Of a stretch of DNA of 64,000 bases, positions 38,685-51,814 are shown piece after piece. Positions within the stretch are counted from its first letter, which is position 1. The number at the start of each line of letters is the position of its first letter. Made by a program: the position numbers and the translations under genes. Under the pieces are notes generated by a model, which did not search any database, was not told the origin of the DNA, and was given only the letters and a program-made list of their open reading frames with translations. Source of the stretch: Ylistrum balloti (Eukaryota); the NCBI RefSeq assembly GCF_031769215.1, contig NW_026781888.1:2046001-2110000 (forward strand). The letters run 5' to 3'.

Positions 38685-38935
38685 TAGATGGGCTTATTGA
38701 ATGACAAGAAAACAGCTATCGAAGGTATCTACTAAACTGTATTGAACATGGGTGAGCTTATTGAAAGACAAGGTAGCAGCTTTTGACAGTATATGCTGAA
38801 CTGTATTGAACAAGAGTGGGCTTATTGAAAGACAAGGTAGCAGTTTTTGACAGTATATGCTGAACTGTATTGAACATGGATGGGCTTATTGAAAGATAAG
38901 GAAACAGCTTTGATGGTGTCTGCTGAACATGGTGA
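38685..38935. repeat. 64-bp tandem repeat, ~4 copies
   Basis: CTTATTGAA anchors at 38693, 38757, 38821 and 38885. Confidence 0.9.
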
Positions 38936-39724
38936 GGTTTTAACGGAAAATCAAATTTGCATTTTTTTGGGTTATCTGAACTTGAAAGGACACAAATAGA
39001 TGGGCTTATTCTCCCACATGTGTTTATTTGTGGATAAATACGGTATTTCTTATAGTTATAGGTCATTGAAGTAAAACTTTAAAAATTGGACCTGGAAGAG
39101 TGATATTTTTCCTGTATAGGGAGTGTTGTATAATATCTACAATTATACAGATGTTAAATTGTAGTCATAAAACTACACTTAACAGCATGATAATAAATAG
39201 TTTATATTTCTCATTCAAACTTCAAGAAAATGTTTTGCCGTAGTGCAATTTTTATTTCCACTATAAATTTTTTTCTATTTTTGTAACTTGAACCTTAGTA
39301 CTCCCAAATGAATACGCATATCAAATTGAATGTTTTTCATTCTTTGTAATCCTACAACTTCCACCCACATCCATATGTATGTAAGTTTTCTAATGGAATT
39401 GAAAAGTTTTTAAAATCAATGGACAAAATGTGTAAAAGTTTTATTTCCTCTGTACAACTTAACTTTTAAATGAAAACACTTAGTGTAGCTGTAAGGGTGA
39501 TGTAGCAGTTTTGTTAGTATTTGGTAAAGTGTTTGAGATGGATGATGCTGAATTTAACAGAAATACTGTACAATTATTAATTTTTGTGGAAGATTTATTT
39601 TCATTGACATTGTGGGTGTTCTGTGGATTTATATAGGTCTATGAACTGTTAAAAAAAATTTGAATAGATTAAGAGAGCTGTATTTTTGCACAAAATGAAG
39701 GGAAATTTCACCAAAAATGTATGT

Positions 39725-40050
39725 TTGAGAGAGAAATAGAATATCATACCTGAGAGAGAAATAGAGTATTATATCTAAGGGAGAAAATGAATATTATATC
39801 TGAGAAATATAATATTATATCTGAGGGAGAAATAGAATATTATATCTGAGAAATATAATATTATATATCTGAGGGAGAAATATAATATTATATCTGAGGG
39901 AGAAATAGAATATGATATTTGAGGGAGGAATAGAATATCACGTTTGAGGGAAAAAATTGTCACCTGTGTTGAGGGAAAAAAGAATATTTTTGTATGTGTT
40001 GGAGAGAGAAAGAGAATATTGTATGTGTGCCTATCAGTGAGTAGAGAGAA
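39725..40050. repeat. Degenerate ~23-25-bp repeat (TCTGAGGGAGAAATAGAATATTATA)
   Basis: Direct inspection. Confidence 0.8.
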
Positions 40051-40131
40051 CATGCTCCAGAGGTTAGTGTATGACTCACAGATAAATGACAGCATCTAAT
40101 CCACACCGATGTGTGTGGCAGGTCGTTTTAC

Positions 40132-40162
40132 CACTCTCTCCTCTTTCATTTCGGTAATGACC
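40132..40162 (-). CDS. Candidate 31-nt micro-exon (reading frame ambiguous)
   Basis: Very strong acceptor TTCTCACTCTCTGTTACAG| and donor GTG|GTAAAA. Reads GHYRNERGES or VITEMKEERV depending on phase. Confidence 0.3.
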
Positions 40163-40479
40163 CTGTAACAGAGAGTGAGAACATTCCACAACTACAAAAA
40201 CCTTACAATCCATCAACCAGTTAAAATGGTCGGCCAAATTCTGCATAGCTGAACAAATATAAACCTTGTCTTTTCGCCCAAGTGAATCTGATTTTGTTCA
40301 TGGTCTGACAATTTAAGATACAGAAAAAACATGTTGATGATTAAATTATCTTGGTAATGTAAGGAATTATGATGCCTCGTCATCACTTTTATTAGGTCTT
40401 TACCTACATAGACAGATTTCAAATGGCCAAAGCTTCATTATACTATTACTCTGTCGAGAAAGCAAAGGGACATTGTGCA

Positions 40480-40930
40480 TTTGTACTTTTGAGCTCAATT
40501 GACAACATCATATTGTGTTTTAATTTAAATTTGTGAAGATATATTGTGTTTTGAGCTTAATTTGCAAGGCTACATTGTGTTTTGAGCTCAATTTGCAATG
40601 TTACATTGTGTTTTGAGCTGAGTTCACAAAGTTACATTGTGTTTTGAGCTCAATTTGCAAGGCTACATTGTGTTTTGAGCTCAATTGGCAATGTTGCATT
40701 GTGTTTTGAGCTTAATTCATAAAGTTACATCATGTTTAAAGCTCAATTCTCATAGTTATATTGTGTTTTAAGCTCAATTCTCAAAATTACATTGTGTTTT
40801 GTTACATTGTGTTTTGAGCTCAATTCACAAAGTTACATTGTGATTTGAATGCAATTAACAAAACTTCCGACTGATTTTGTGCTTCAATATGTATTCAGCT
40901 CAAATGACAATGCTCTGTTTTGAGCTTAGA
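40480..40930. repeat. Minisatellite, 31-bp unit (TTACATTGTGTTTTGAGCTCAATTTGCAAGG-like), ~12 copies
   Basis: Direct inspection. Confidence 0.9.
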
Positions 40931-41520
40931 CCAGTTAGGGACTGGAAGAGGCTAGGTTGATCTGTGGTTAAAGGACCAATTGAGTCCTCTCCTGACTTAA
41001 AATTATGTTACATAATGAAAATATAAAATTTGCAGGAATTTTGGATCAGATTATATCCATAGATAGCAATCCATCTTGTTGATCCGTATGAACGTGAGTG
41101 AGAAAACTTGAGAAGGGTAGATGGAGAGTGTGTTATATATAGTGTATAGAGGCTGATCACATGTGGCTTGTTTAAATGATTGTTCCAAAAAAGACCTTTA
41201 ATTCTCCATGTTGCTGTTGACCTATTGGATTAGGATGTGTTGTGAATACCTCATGGTATATAAATACCATAAAATGTAAAGAAGGCTGGACCATTAATTA
41301 ACAGGGGTATATTGTAGCTGTACTCTGCCAACAGTGACAAACATTACGGGGCTGGTGACATGCACTTTACTGACCATCTTGTAATCGGATCTTGTGTATA
41401 CTACTACAATAAAACAGAGGGAAGAGAAGGGCAGACTTAATGTGCACCGCCCTGATTACAGCTTGGTCTGGCTTCCCTGTCGCAGATTAATCTCTAGATA
41501 TATCTAAAGATGGTCTGGGA

Positions 41521-43062
41521 GGTTCATAGTTGTATAGGAAGGTCAATAGATGTATGGAGAATAGTTGTAATATTAACATAGAGGGGGAAGTGGTACAGAG
41601 GTCAATAGTTGAACAGAGAGGTCAATTTTTAAATATCTGTATGTAGAGGTCAATAGTTCTACAAAGAGGTCAATAGTTCTACAAAGAGGTCAATAGTTCT
41701 ACAAAGAGGTCAATAGTTCTACAAAGAGGTCAATATTTAGATAGGAAGGTTAATAGTTCTACAAAGAGGTCAATATTTAGATAGGAAGGTCAATAGTTAT
41801 ACAAAGAGGTCAATATTTAGATAGGAAGGTCAATAGTTATATAGGAAGGTCAATAGTTCTACAAAGAGGTCAATATTTAGATAGGAAGGTCAATAGTTAT
41901 ATAGGAAGGTCAATAGTTCTACAAAGAGGTCAATATTTAGATAGGAAGGTCAATAGTTATATAGGAAGGTCAATAGTTATATAGGAAGGTTAATAGGAAG
42001 GTCAATAGTTCTACAAAGAGGTCAATATTTAGATAGGAAGGTCAATAGTTATATAGGAAGGTCAATAGTTGTATAGGAAGGTCAATAGATGTATGGAGAA
42101 TAGTAATATATAGGAAGGTACAATAGAACAGAGAGGTCAATTTTTAAATATCTGTATGTAGAGGTCAATAGTTCTACAAAGAGGTCAATATTTAGATAGG
42201 AAGGTCAATAGTTATATAGGAAGGTCAATAGGAAGGTCAATAGTTATATAGGAAGGTCAATAGGAAGGTCAATAGTTATATAGGAAGGTCAATAGGAAGG
42301 TCAATAGTTATATAGGAAGGTTAATAATTGTATAGGAAGGTTAATAGTTATATAGGAAGGTTAATAATTGTATAGGAAGGTTAATAGTTATATAGGAAGG
42401 TTAATAATTGTATAGGAAGGTTAATAGTTGTATAGGAAGGTTAATAGTTATATAGGAAGGTTAATAGTTATATAGAAAGGTTAATAATTGTATACAAAGA
42501 GGTCAATATTTATATAGGAAGGTTAATAATTATATAGGAAGGTTAATAGTTATATATAGGAAGGTTAATAGTTTTATAGGAAGGTCAATAGTTATATAGG
42601 AAGGTCAGTAGTTATATAGGAAGGTTAATAATTGTATAGGAAGGTTAATAGTTGTATAGGAAGGTTAATAATTATATAGGAAGGTTAATAGTATGTATAG
42701 GAAGGTTAATAGTTATATGTATAGGAAGGTTAATAGTTATATAGGAAGGTTAATAATTGTATAGGAAGGTTAATAGTTGTATAGGAAGGTTAATAGTTGT
42801 ATAGGAAGGTTAATAGTTGTACAGGAAGTTAATAGTTGTATAGGAAGGTTAATAATTGTATAGGAAGGTTAATAGTTGTATAGGAAGGTTAATAGTTTTA
42901 TAGGAAGGTTAATAGTTGTATAGGAAGGTTAATAATTGTATAGGAAGGTTAATAGTTTTATAGGAAGGTTAATAGTTTTATAGGAAGGTCAATAGTTGTA
43001 TAGGAAGGTTAATAATTATATAGGAAGGTTAATAATTATATAGGAAGGTCAATAATTGTATT
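41521..43062. repeat. 20-bp minisatellite GAAGGT(C/T)AATAGTT(A/G)TATAG and variants
   Basis: Direct inspection; the array start (41530-41670) is duplicated at ~42070-42190. Confidence 0.96.
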
Positions 43063-43067
43063 GTTAC

Positions 43068-43422
43068 TAGTTGTGTGAGGTGGTCAGTAGTTGTGTGAGA
43101 TGGTCAGTAGTGGTGTGAGATGGTCAATAGTTGGGTGAGGTGGTCAGTAGTTGTGTAAGGTAGTCAGTAGCTGTGTTAGGTGGTCAGTTGCTGAGTGAGG
43201 TGGTCAGTAGCTGTGTGAGGTGGTCAGTTGCTGAGTGAGGTGGTCAGTAGCTGTGTGAGGTGGTCAGTTGCTGAGTGAGGTGGTCAGTAGCTGTGTGAGG
43301 TGGTCAGTAGTTGTGTGAGGTGGTCAGTAGTTGTGTGAGATGGTCAGTAGTTGTTTGAGGTGGTCAGTAGTGGTGTGAGGTGGTCAGTAGTGGTGTGAGG
43401 TGGTCAGTAGTGGTGTGAGGTG
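43068..43422. repeat. 20-bp minisatellite GAGGTGGTCAGTAGTTGTGT, ~17 copies
   Basis: Directly abuts the preceding 20-bp array and is homologous to it. Confidence 0.95.
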
Positions 43423-43690
43423 TTGATTTGTTATTTGATATAGATGCCTAGTACTCTATAACCTATCTCTATGATAGATGTCATTTTTAGGCATTCAGTA
43501 TTTTTAACAGAAAGTGATCTGAATCGCACTCAATTTTAAAACAGTTTTTCATATGATATGGAAAAGAAAACATAAAAAAGATGAAAATTGAGATGTTGAT
43601 GTTTTTAGTCCTGGTGAGTTTTAGTACAAAGTGTTTAAATTACAAAGAAGATGGATCACTACTTAGGTAATTGAAAGAAAACATGTAAAC

Positions 43691-46600
43691 TGGAGTTCTC
43701 TCTCCAGACAGTCCTGGTACCATGTAGCACTCCACTCCTGGAGGTCTAAGAAAGGACATCGGATACTATGGCAACTTGACATGATTGATTGGTCTATCAC
43801 ACTTCTAAATATCAAAGTTTTCTCTATTTGTTTATTCTGTTTTTAAAGACCCTGCCCCCTGGGGCACTAAATTTGTATCTACTTAAGGCCCTGCCCCTCA
43901 ATGGATTCTGTATAATACTGTCGTTTATGATATTGCAAATTACGTTTTTATGTCCCTGTGCCATTTATTGGAGGGACTGATAGTATGAACCATTAATGTC
44001 CTGTCTGGTTCCCTCTCAAAATAATGTAATAACTAGCCAATTCATTCCTTAAGGAATTTTCATAAAAAGAAATTTGAAAATGAACTATAACAAAACCTAT
44101 GATAAGCTAATGTTTTAAGCTTCAAGGTCAAGGTCATGGTTACTATATATATATATATATCAAAATTGATCAAACATTGAAATTCATATACATGGGGGCA
44201 TCCATGTCTCATGGACATTCTTGTTTGTTGATGAAATCACACACTTTGGTATAACAATTTTCTGCAGTATTTTTCAGGTATTTTTTCTGATTAAATCTAA
44301 AATCAGATTATCTATATAATCACGAATTAGCCATAGACCTATGATCTGGTTGGTTATGAGCTGACCTAAATAAACATTATCTTTTTGATTATTTTGATAG
44401 TGTAAATAGAGATCTAAAATGAATAGATACATGGAAAGAAACCATGCGAGGATAAAATAACCTGATCTCTCTGGTATCCTAGGTGGTGACTCCAATGTCA
44501 GAAGCTCCATCACACCTAGGTGTTAGAGATCAGAAAACAATCAGATTTCTAAAGTAATTCTGTTAACCTTGACTCTCCTGTGACTTTTGAGCAGTTCTGT
44601 GCAAATAGCTTTAAATAATACTGTGTACTTGATTCCTAAAGAAATCACTAGGGAGTCAGATATACCCTTAAGGGAACTGAATAAATATCTGTTGATTTTG
44701 TGGTACCCTGTAGTCCAGGAAATCACACACTTGTTTGGTCAACAATCCACAGGCATTTGAAAATGGACACCATCAACTTCATTGTCACAACAGAACTGTC
44801 CGGTACAAGTGTCAAACTATTGTCAGCCTTGAACTGTGTTTGTATAAAGGCGAAAGGTATTGTCTGTGTTTTAGAATAGGACATTTCCTTCTCACTAGGG
44901 GGCAGTCTGAAATAGGTGTGGGGTCATCACTCCATCACCAGAGGGCAGTAGTGATGCTATCACTCACCAGAGGGCAGCAGTGGGTATTTCTCTCACTAGA
45001 AGGCAGAAATGAGGCAATTTTGCATTCACCAGAGGACAGCAGTGAGTGTTTCCTCTCACCAGAAGGAGGTAACAAAACTATCACTCACCAGAGGGCAGCA
45101 GTGAGGATATCACTTCACCAGAGGGCAGTAGAGAGGTTATCACTCACCAGAGGGCAGTAGAGAGGCTGTCACTCACCAGAGGACAGTAGAGAGGCTATCA
45201 CTCACCAGAGGGCAGTAGAGAGGCTGTCACTCACCAGAGGACAGTAGAGAGGCTATCACTCACCAGAGGGCAGTAGAGAGACCTTCAACCACCAGAGGGC
45301 AGTAGAGAGGCTATCACTCACCAGAGGGCAGTAGAGAGGCTATCACTCATCAGTGGGCAGCTGACAGTGAGATTATATGACCTGTCAGCTAAAGGACGAT
45401 AGTGAGTGTTTCTTTCACTAGAGGGCAGTATAGTGATGCTATCTCTAACCAAAGTACAGTGGCAATCATGATTTTCCTGTAGAATTAATCAATAATCGTT
45501 ACATTTAGGTTGAAATTCAACAAAGCAATTATCCCTAAGTAGGGAAGATATTTGATTTTAATAATGAACTTATGTATAATATTATATCTTTGAGGTGGTG
45601 ATATCACAGACAGAAGCAGTAGATTGCTGAAGGAATATGCCTGCAACACTTTACAAACATATAAATCATTTTAATCTTCTTTCACTGATCAACAAATAAT
45701 TTCAGATCTTGTCACCAGGAATGATGATAAATTTAAACAGTTTTAAACATAAAAGAGTTAAAAGCTCTCCCTGGAGATTTCTTTCACTCAATTAAACAAG
45801 TATTTGACAAATTTTTCTCTTAAATGTTTCTACTTCAAAACGTTGTTGATCTACACAATACTTTCCTCATTTTCTTCTTGTAGAAATTCTTTTCTCACTA
45901 TAGACTGTGTTCAGTGTCTGATATATGTCTCACAGTGTAATTCTTGGGATGTGTGAACAATTTTTATGATAAATCACAATTTCTTTCCTTGGTATATCCT
46001 CACTGACACACTTCTGAAATCCATAATTATTTTTATAAAAATTTTAACAAAATTAAAATTTTGACATTCATCACCATCAGATAAATATATGAAATAGCAA
46101 AACTTGAAAGAATTCAAAGAATATTCATAATTATTTTCTAATTGACTTGTCATACACGTAATGATGTTTATTCGTCCCCTGAAAGGCGGAAAGGCCAAAA
46201 GGCGTGAATAGTGGGTGTAAAAACCATTACATAGATAATCAGTAATGAAGTATTATGTAACTGATAGAAAAACCAAATGACTCATTTTGAGACTTGGCCT
46301 ATATGGTGTCCATAGCTGACTACAGGTATAAAATGGTTGTGACCTGTGTCAACAACTCCCTTGGGATCCTTGAGCAGATGGTCAGATAACAAAAAACCAA
46401 TTTTGAAAAACAAGTTAGTAATTGGTGGAAAATGATACCCGTTTCCATTTCTTCCGGATGAGCAAGGTTACTTTGGAGGACAAACTTGGGCACAAAGAAA
46501 ACAAATTAGATTCTGTCAATTTTAAAATGTCTTAAGTTTGGCCGTTGGTCATGCGTGCAACTGGCCATCAGTAATCTCCGATTTGTTAGTTTTTCTATTG

Positions 46601-48405
46601 TCTGCATGCGTCCCTGATCCTTAGGCCTGTCAGATGAACAGACTTTTTTCAACACACATCTTTATGGTCAATATTTTATAGTATTTAAGAGAAGACTAGG
46701 ATACTGTGGCTGATGTGACCAGGGTACTGTAATGTCCTTTGTACGGCCGTCCAGTGCACAACAGGGGATAAAAAATATAGATTCTCACAGATTTGAATAA
46801 CATATGTTTTTATTTTGTCCATCTGGTGCACAAGGTGACTGTAAGCATGTATGACCACACTCAGTAATTGTTTCGACATTCCAAATCACAGATTGCTCCT
46901 GTCATTACCTCATATTTAGAAAATTTTTAATTTAGTGTGAGTATTTGGGTGAGAAATAGTGCGGAGAGTGTTATGTTCAACGATGACCAGAGAGATAACA
47001 AACACAAACATATACAACACTTTGTGAATGAGCAAATCACCATAAAATTGAAGGAATTGTGTTTCAAACTAAACGTTCTAATTATACGTCTCTTACATCA
47101 TGTGTGATTACAATCACCTGTGATCCGTGGACAGGTAACAATGATAATACCCCGTCTGAGCCTAGGTGAGACATTACGCAATTATCTCCCCTGACGTGAA
47201 GTGCCTGAAGATTTAAATCTATAATTGAATGTATTGACCAAGGAAAGTGTCGGGACATTTAATCTATCCCGGACTCCAACACACCCACATTTGTGCCACT
47301 TCCTCGACTACACCTGTTGTTACGGTAACTGTTAAGCCCGTAAACAAACATTTACTCACAACGGATTTATCATTGACCACACTAAAGAGTCTACTGGACT
47401 GTGATTTACTTTGTATTCAGAACTGAACCTTCACAATGAAATCCTATATCAATTGTAGCCACGAGTACTGATAGATCGGTCAGTACATTTCTCTATTCAT
47501 GACTTTGTTTTCTTTACAAAACATCATTTGATTACTCGTATTTATGATGGTAGTTTTCGGCCCCGTGTATAAAATTCTTGCTCCTTTTTAACGGTTGTTC
47601 ATTAAAGCGAGTTACAATGCTTAATATTGCCGCATTGTTCGCAGTTTACACCAAGAAGTGAAATCACAGCAAAATAAATGCAAATTTTATTAAAATGGAT
47701 GTGTTTGTTAGTATCTTTCCCAGGTTCCATTGTAATACCGCAGCTTCAATTTGTAAAACTGTTTTTAGGGGAATTCAATTTATTAAAGTGTCTTGACACA
47801 TGTGTGTTGTAATCTAAATATTGAGAGTGTGACTGCCAGGATGTTGATGTGAACAGTTCTCAGATAGCGGGGTGAATTTAAATATTGTATTTGTTAGAAA
47901 AGATAAAAATTACATTGTGTGCACGTTAAAATAAAATGTGTACTTGCATCAATTTGAGATTGAAATTTGATAGCAAAAAGTTTTACACAACATACAAGCC
48001 TCATATTTCAAGTAAAAATTGAATGGAAATATATGTAGATATATCGAACATTACAAAAAGCAGGTTTTCTGCTATTATCACTGATTGTCATGGTAACATA
48101 TGGCAAGATAAGAAAAGTACCTCTAAATTTTGATTACGATTCCTTTGTGTGTTTCAACAATCTGTTGTTAGTTATTGATTGCTGGACATAGCTGTACTAA
48201 CACAGAGGTAGAGTGCAATGGACACATGCTGGTCTGTGCAGTCAAGTGTCACGGCTGACTGGTCAGTTGTTCACAGTTCATTGATCAAGACTCCTGAACA
48301 AATTCCTAACAGGCGTCAAGTGACCAGCGGGCACTCACAGGATCATTAGGGGTTCAGCAGTGTGTTCAGTTCACCGCTCGCGTGTTCATGGCGCATTGAA
48401 CAGTA
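43691..48405 (-). CDS. Speculative 5' exon chain of the minus-strand gene (48339-48405, 47178-47204, 46789-46838, 44666-44707, 44462-44515, 43691-43745)
   Basis: Each segment has AG/GT ends and the phases join into MILHFTSGEIIAHLVHQMDKIKTYVIQIWYHKINRYLFSSLKGVMELLTLESPPRIPERSDLQEWSATW.... Several donors are weak and no family is recognised. Confidence 0.2.
43945..44226 (+). mobile_element. Degenerate Helentron-associated non-autonomous element (HINE/DINE-1-like)
   Basis: 5' TTTTTATGTCCC...GGAGGGAC, a GTCC/GTCT remnant, internal AAGGTCAAGGTCA, and a 3' GGGGGCATCCATGTCTCATGGACAT hairpin followed by TCTTGTTT. This layout is typical of bivalve HINE-like elements. Confidence 0.5.
44935..45430. repeat. 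Minisatellite, 29-bp unit CACCAGAGGGCAGTAGAGAGGCTATCACT
   Basis: About 9 good copies plus degenerate flanking copies; explains the tail of the 141-aa ORF. Confidence 0.93.
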
Positions 48406-48774
48406 CTGTTAAATAGGCTATAATTAGAGCAAGCAGTTAATTGGAGCAATTCTTGGACTCTTGGGGACATGAATAATTTCTGAACTCACAAGGATGTTAA
48501 GCAAACCTTACCCTGAAACAAAGCCTCCTCCATTTGGGGCACAAGGACAATATCACTTCAGGATAAAGTTCTGTTAACAACCTGGGACATGAATTAAACA
48601 AAAGCTTACACAACAGATTTCTCACAACTTTGGGATGTAAATCAAATCTTTGATTGAAACAAAGTTTCCTGTAATAGGGACACAAGGATAAAGCTATATG
48701 CTGAACCTGGGACATGAAACAAACCTTACACTACACTGAAGATTTCTCACTACTTTAAGACGTAAAATTAAACC

Positions 48775-50275
48775 TTACCCTGAACAAAGCTTTTTGCACT
48801 TGGGACACAAAGACAAGGTTACTTCAGGACAAAGATTTATTAAAATCCTTGGACATGAAACACAGCTTTCTGCACATGGGAAACAAAGACAAGGTTACTT
48901 CAGGACAAAGATTTATTAAAATCCTTGGACATGAAACACAGCTTTCTGCACTTGGGAAACAAAGACAAGGTTACTTCAGGACAAAGATTTATTAAAATCC
49001 TGGGACATGAAACACAGCTTTCTGCACTTGGGAAACAAAGACAAGGTTACTTCAGGACAAAGATTTATTAAAATCCTGGGACATGAAACACAGCTTTCTG
49101 CACTTGGGAAACAAAGACAAGGTTACTTCAGGACAAAGATTTATTAAAATCCTGGGACATGAAACACAGCTTTCTGCACTTGGGAAACAAAGATTTATTA
49201 AAATCCTGGGACATGAAACACACTTGGGAAACAAAGACAAGGTTACTTCAGGACAAAGATTTATTAAAATCCTGGGACATGAAACACAGCTTTCTGCACT
49301 TGGGACACAAAGACAAGGTTACTTCAGGACAAAGATTTATTAAAATCCTGGGACATGAAACACAGCTTTCTGCACTTGGGAAACAAAGACAAGGTTACTT
49401 CAGGACAAAGATTTATTAAAATCCTTGGACATGAAACACAGCTTTCTGCACTTGGGACACAAAGACAAGGTTTCTTCAGAACAAAGATTTATTAAAATCC
49501 TGGGACATGAAACACAGCTTTCTGCACTTGGGAAACAAAGACAAGGTTACTTCAGGACAAAGATTTATTAAAATCCTTGGACATGAAACACAGCTTTCTG
49601 CACTTGGGAAACAAAGACAAGGTTACTTCAGGACAAAGATTTATTAAAATCCTGGGACATGAAACACAGCTTTCTGCACTTGGGAAACAAAGACAAGGTT
49701 ACTTCAGGACAAAGATTTATTAAAATCCTGGGACATGAAACACAGCTTTCTGCACTTGGGAAACAAAGACAAGGTTACTTCAGGACAAAGATTTATTAAA
49801 ATCCTGGGACATGAAACACAGCTTTCTGCACTTGGGACACAAAGACAAGGTTACTTCAGGACAAAGATTTATTAAAATCCTGGGACATGAAACACAGCTT
49901 TCTGCACTTGGGAAACAAAGACAAGGTTACTTCAGGACAAAGATTTATTAAAATCCTTGGACATGAAACACAGCTTTCTGCACTTGGGACACAAAGACAA
50001 GGTTTCTTCAGAACAAAGATTTATTAAAATCCTGGGACATGAAACACAGCTTTCTGCACTTGGGAAACAAAGACAAGGTTACTTCAGAATAAAGATTTAT
50101 TAAAATCCTGGGACATGAAACACAGCTTTCTGCACTTGGGCCACAAAGACAAGGTTTCTTCAGAATAAAGATTTATTAAAATCCTGGGACATGAAACACA
50201 GCTTTTTGCACTTGGGACACAAAGAGAAGGTTACTTCAGTACAAAGATTTATTAAAATCCTGGGACATGAAATAA
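48775..50275. repeat. Minisatellite, 76-bp unit, ~20 copies
   Basis: Unit CTGCACTTGGGAAACAAAGACAAGGTTACTTCAGGACAAAGATTTATTAAAATCCTGGGACATGAAACACAGCTTT. Older degenerate copies lie at 48470-48775. Confidence 0.98.
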
Positions 50276-51324
50276 ACCTTTAAACTAGGACAGAGCATTG
50301 TTTAAGAAGGACATATTAGGCAAATGTTATTTCAGAACACTCAAAGCTTCCTTAAGAAGTGGGACACAGGTTGAGTCTTATAAAGGGACAAACATTTATA
50401 AAATGTAGAATTATAGTTAAAATAAGATAATTACAGGAAGAGCAGGCTTTCTCTTCTATTACAGCACAGTTATCCTAACCGAACATCTAGAAATGCATCA
50501 TAACTCAAACCTGCTGAATTTTCTCTCTAGTTTTATTGATTTTGTGTTATTTTGAATAATGTTTAAGTTCCTCAGCACTATAAATTTTTGCGAAAGAACA
50601 ATTGAGAATTTGAATTTGTAAGAAAACACACACATGGATGATAGACTGACTGGCTACCACAACCCCAATGTTAGTACGCCGTCATTATAGATTATAGAGG
50701 CAATCAACCATTAATAGTAAATCTAGCCGGTAATTACAGGTCAAACCCTCTATACACTTCAACATACCTGTGTTTTTTACCTGCTAATTAAGGTGTGCAT
50801 ATTTAAAAAATCTGGCTACCTGGATGGTCGTGTGGACATTTCACAGGTTAAATTGCGCTGTTTTTTCCACTTGACTTCAAAATTGTTAAACAGTAGATGT
50901 GTTTTACAGTGGTACACCTGTCTTTGGTGTGTGTTGTTGTTTTAAATGACCTCTACACTGACCTCATCAAGGTTATTGGCCATCTATATGTAAATCACGA
51001 CAGAAGTTTTCCCTGATATTATTGACAGGTGAGCCTTAATGTTTGGTCAATTTAATTTGTTCTGTACTGTTTTATTATCAAACTTGGAGTCATTATATTA
51101 ATGACAGCACTGTTTGCCCTTGCTTCAGTCTGTAATACAGTACCATCAGTTCTAAGACTCTGATGACCATCAGAAATTTTTTTATTTACAGACACACCTG
51201 TCCACTTTTACACAAAAGAAAAATCCTAAATCAGGAAAGTAATACAAGTGTAACAAATTACAGGGAGTGAGATTTTTATAGAATGATGAAAATACAAGAT
51301 TAACAGATTACTGAGAGTGAGATT

Positions 51325-51500
51325 TAGAGAATGGTGAAAGGAGAAATTGAGAAGGAGAGAGAGAAAGGTTGAGTTCGCAAGAGGTAAGGGAAAAGAAATG
51401 ATTGTAGGAAAGAAGAAAGAAAATAGAAAAAGAAAGAAGGAGAAAGGAAGAAGAGAAAATGAAGGGAGACAAGTAAGAAGACAGGAAGAGAGACAGACAA
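51325..51500. repeat. Purine (GA)-rich low-complexity tract
   Basis: Direct inspection. Confidence 0.8.
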
Positions 51501-51814
51501 AGACATTTTCAGAGTCTACAACCCTTTGTATCTTATACAGTAAAATTAATCAACTGGGGCTAAAATGTTCTCTTTTGTCACTGTTTTATAAAGTGGAGGA
51601 TGGGAGATTCAGATAGATAGTTCTGGAAAACGTTTAGATGTATACAGTTTTTATAACATATAAATAATCCATTTATCTGGAGCTTTAAAGTTTTACTGGG
51701 TTGTGATCGATTGACTTAGCAATAACTTGGAAAATTGATTTTCCTTAGTCTTAAGACGTTGTGTATTTCTGGGATCACTGGTTGCTTAATTTCATTTAGG
51801 ATCTGCTTTACACT

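Noticed and set aside
40213-40422. Minus-strand ORF with NLIINMFFLYL...QIHL, similar to the Ulp1/SENP segment DVIIDFYLKYL...RIHIF
   Set aside because: No His-Asp-Cys catalytic motifs follow and there are no exon boundaries. A Pfam C48 search would settle it.
51324-51616. Lys/Arg/Glu-rich 89-aa ORF
   Set aside because: It is the translation of a GA-rich low-complexity tract.
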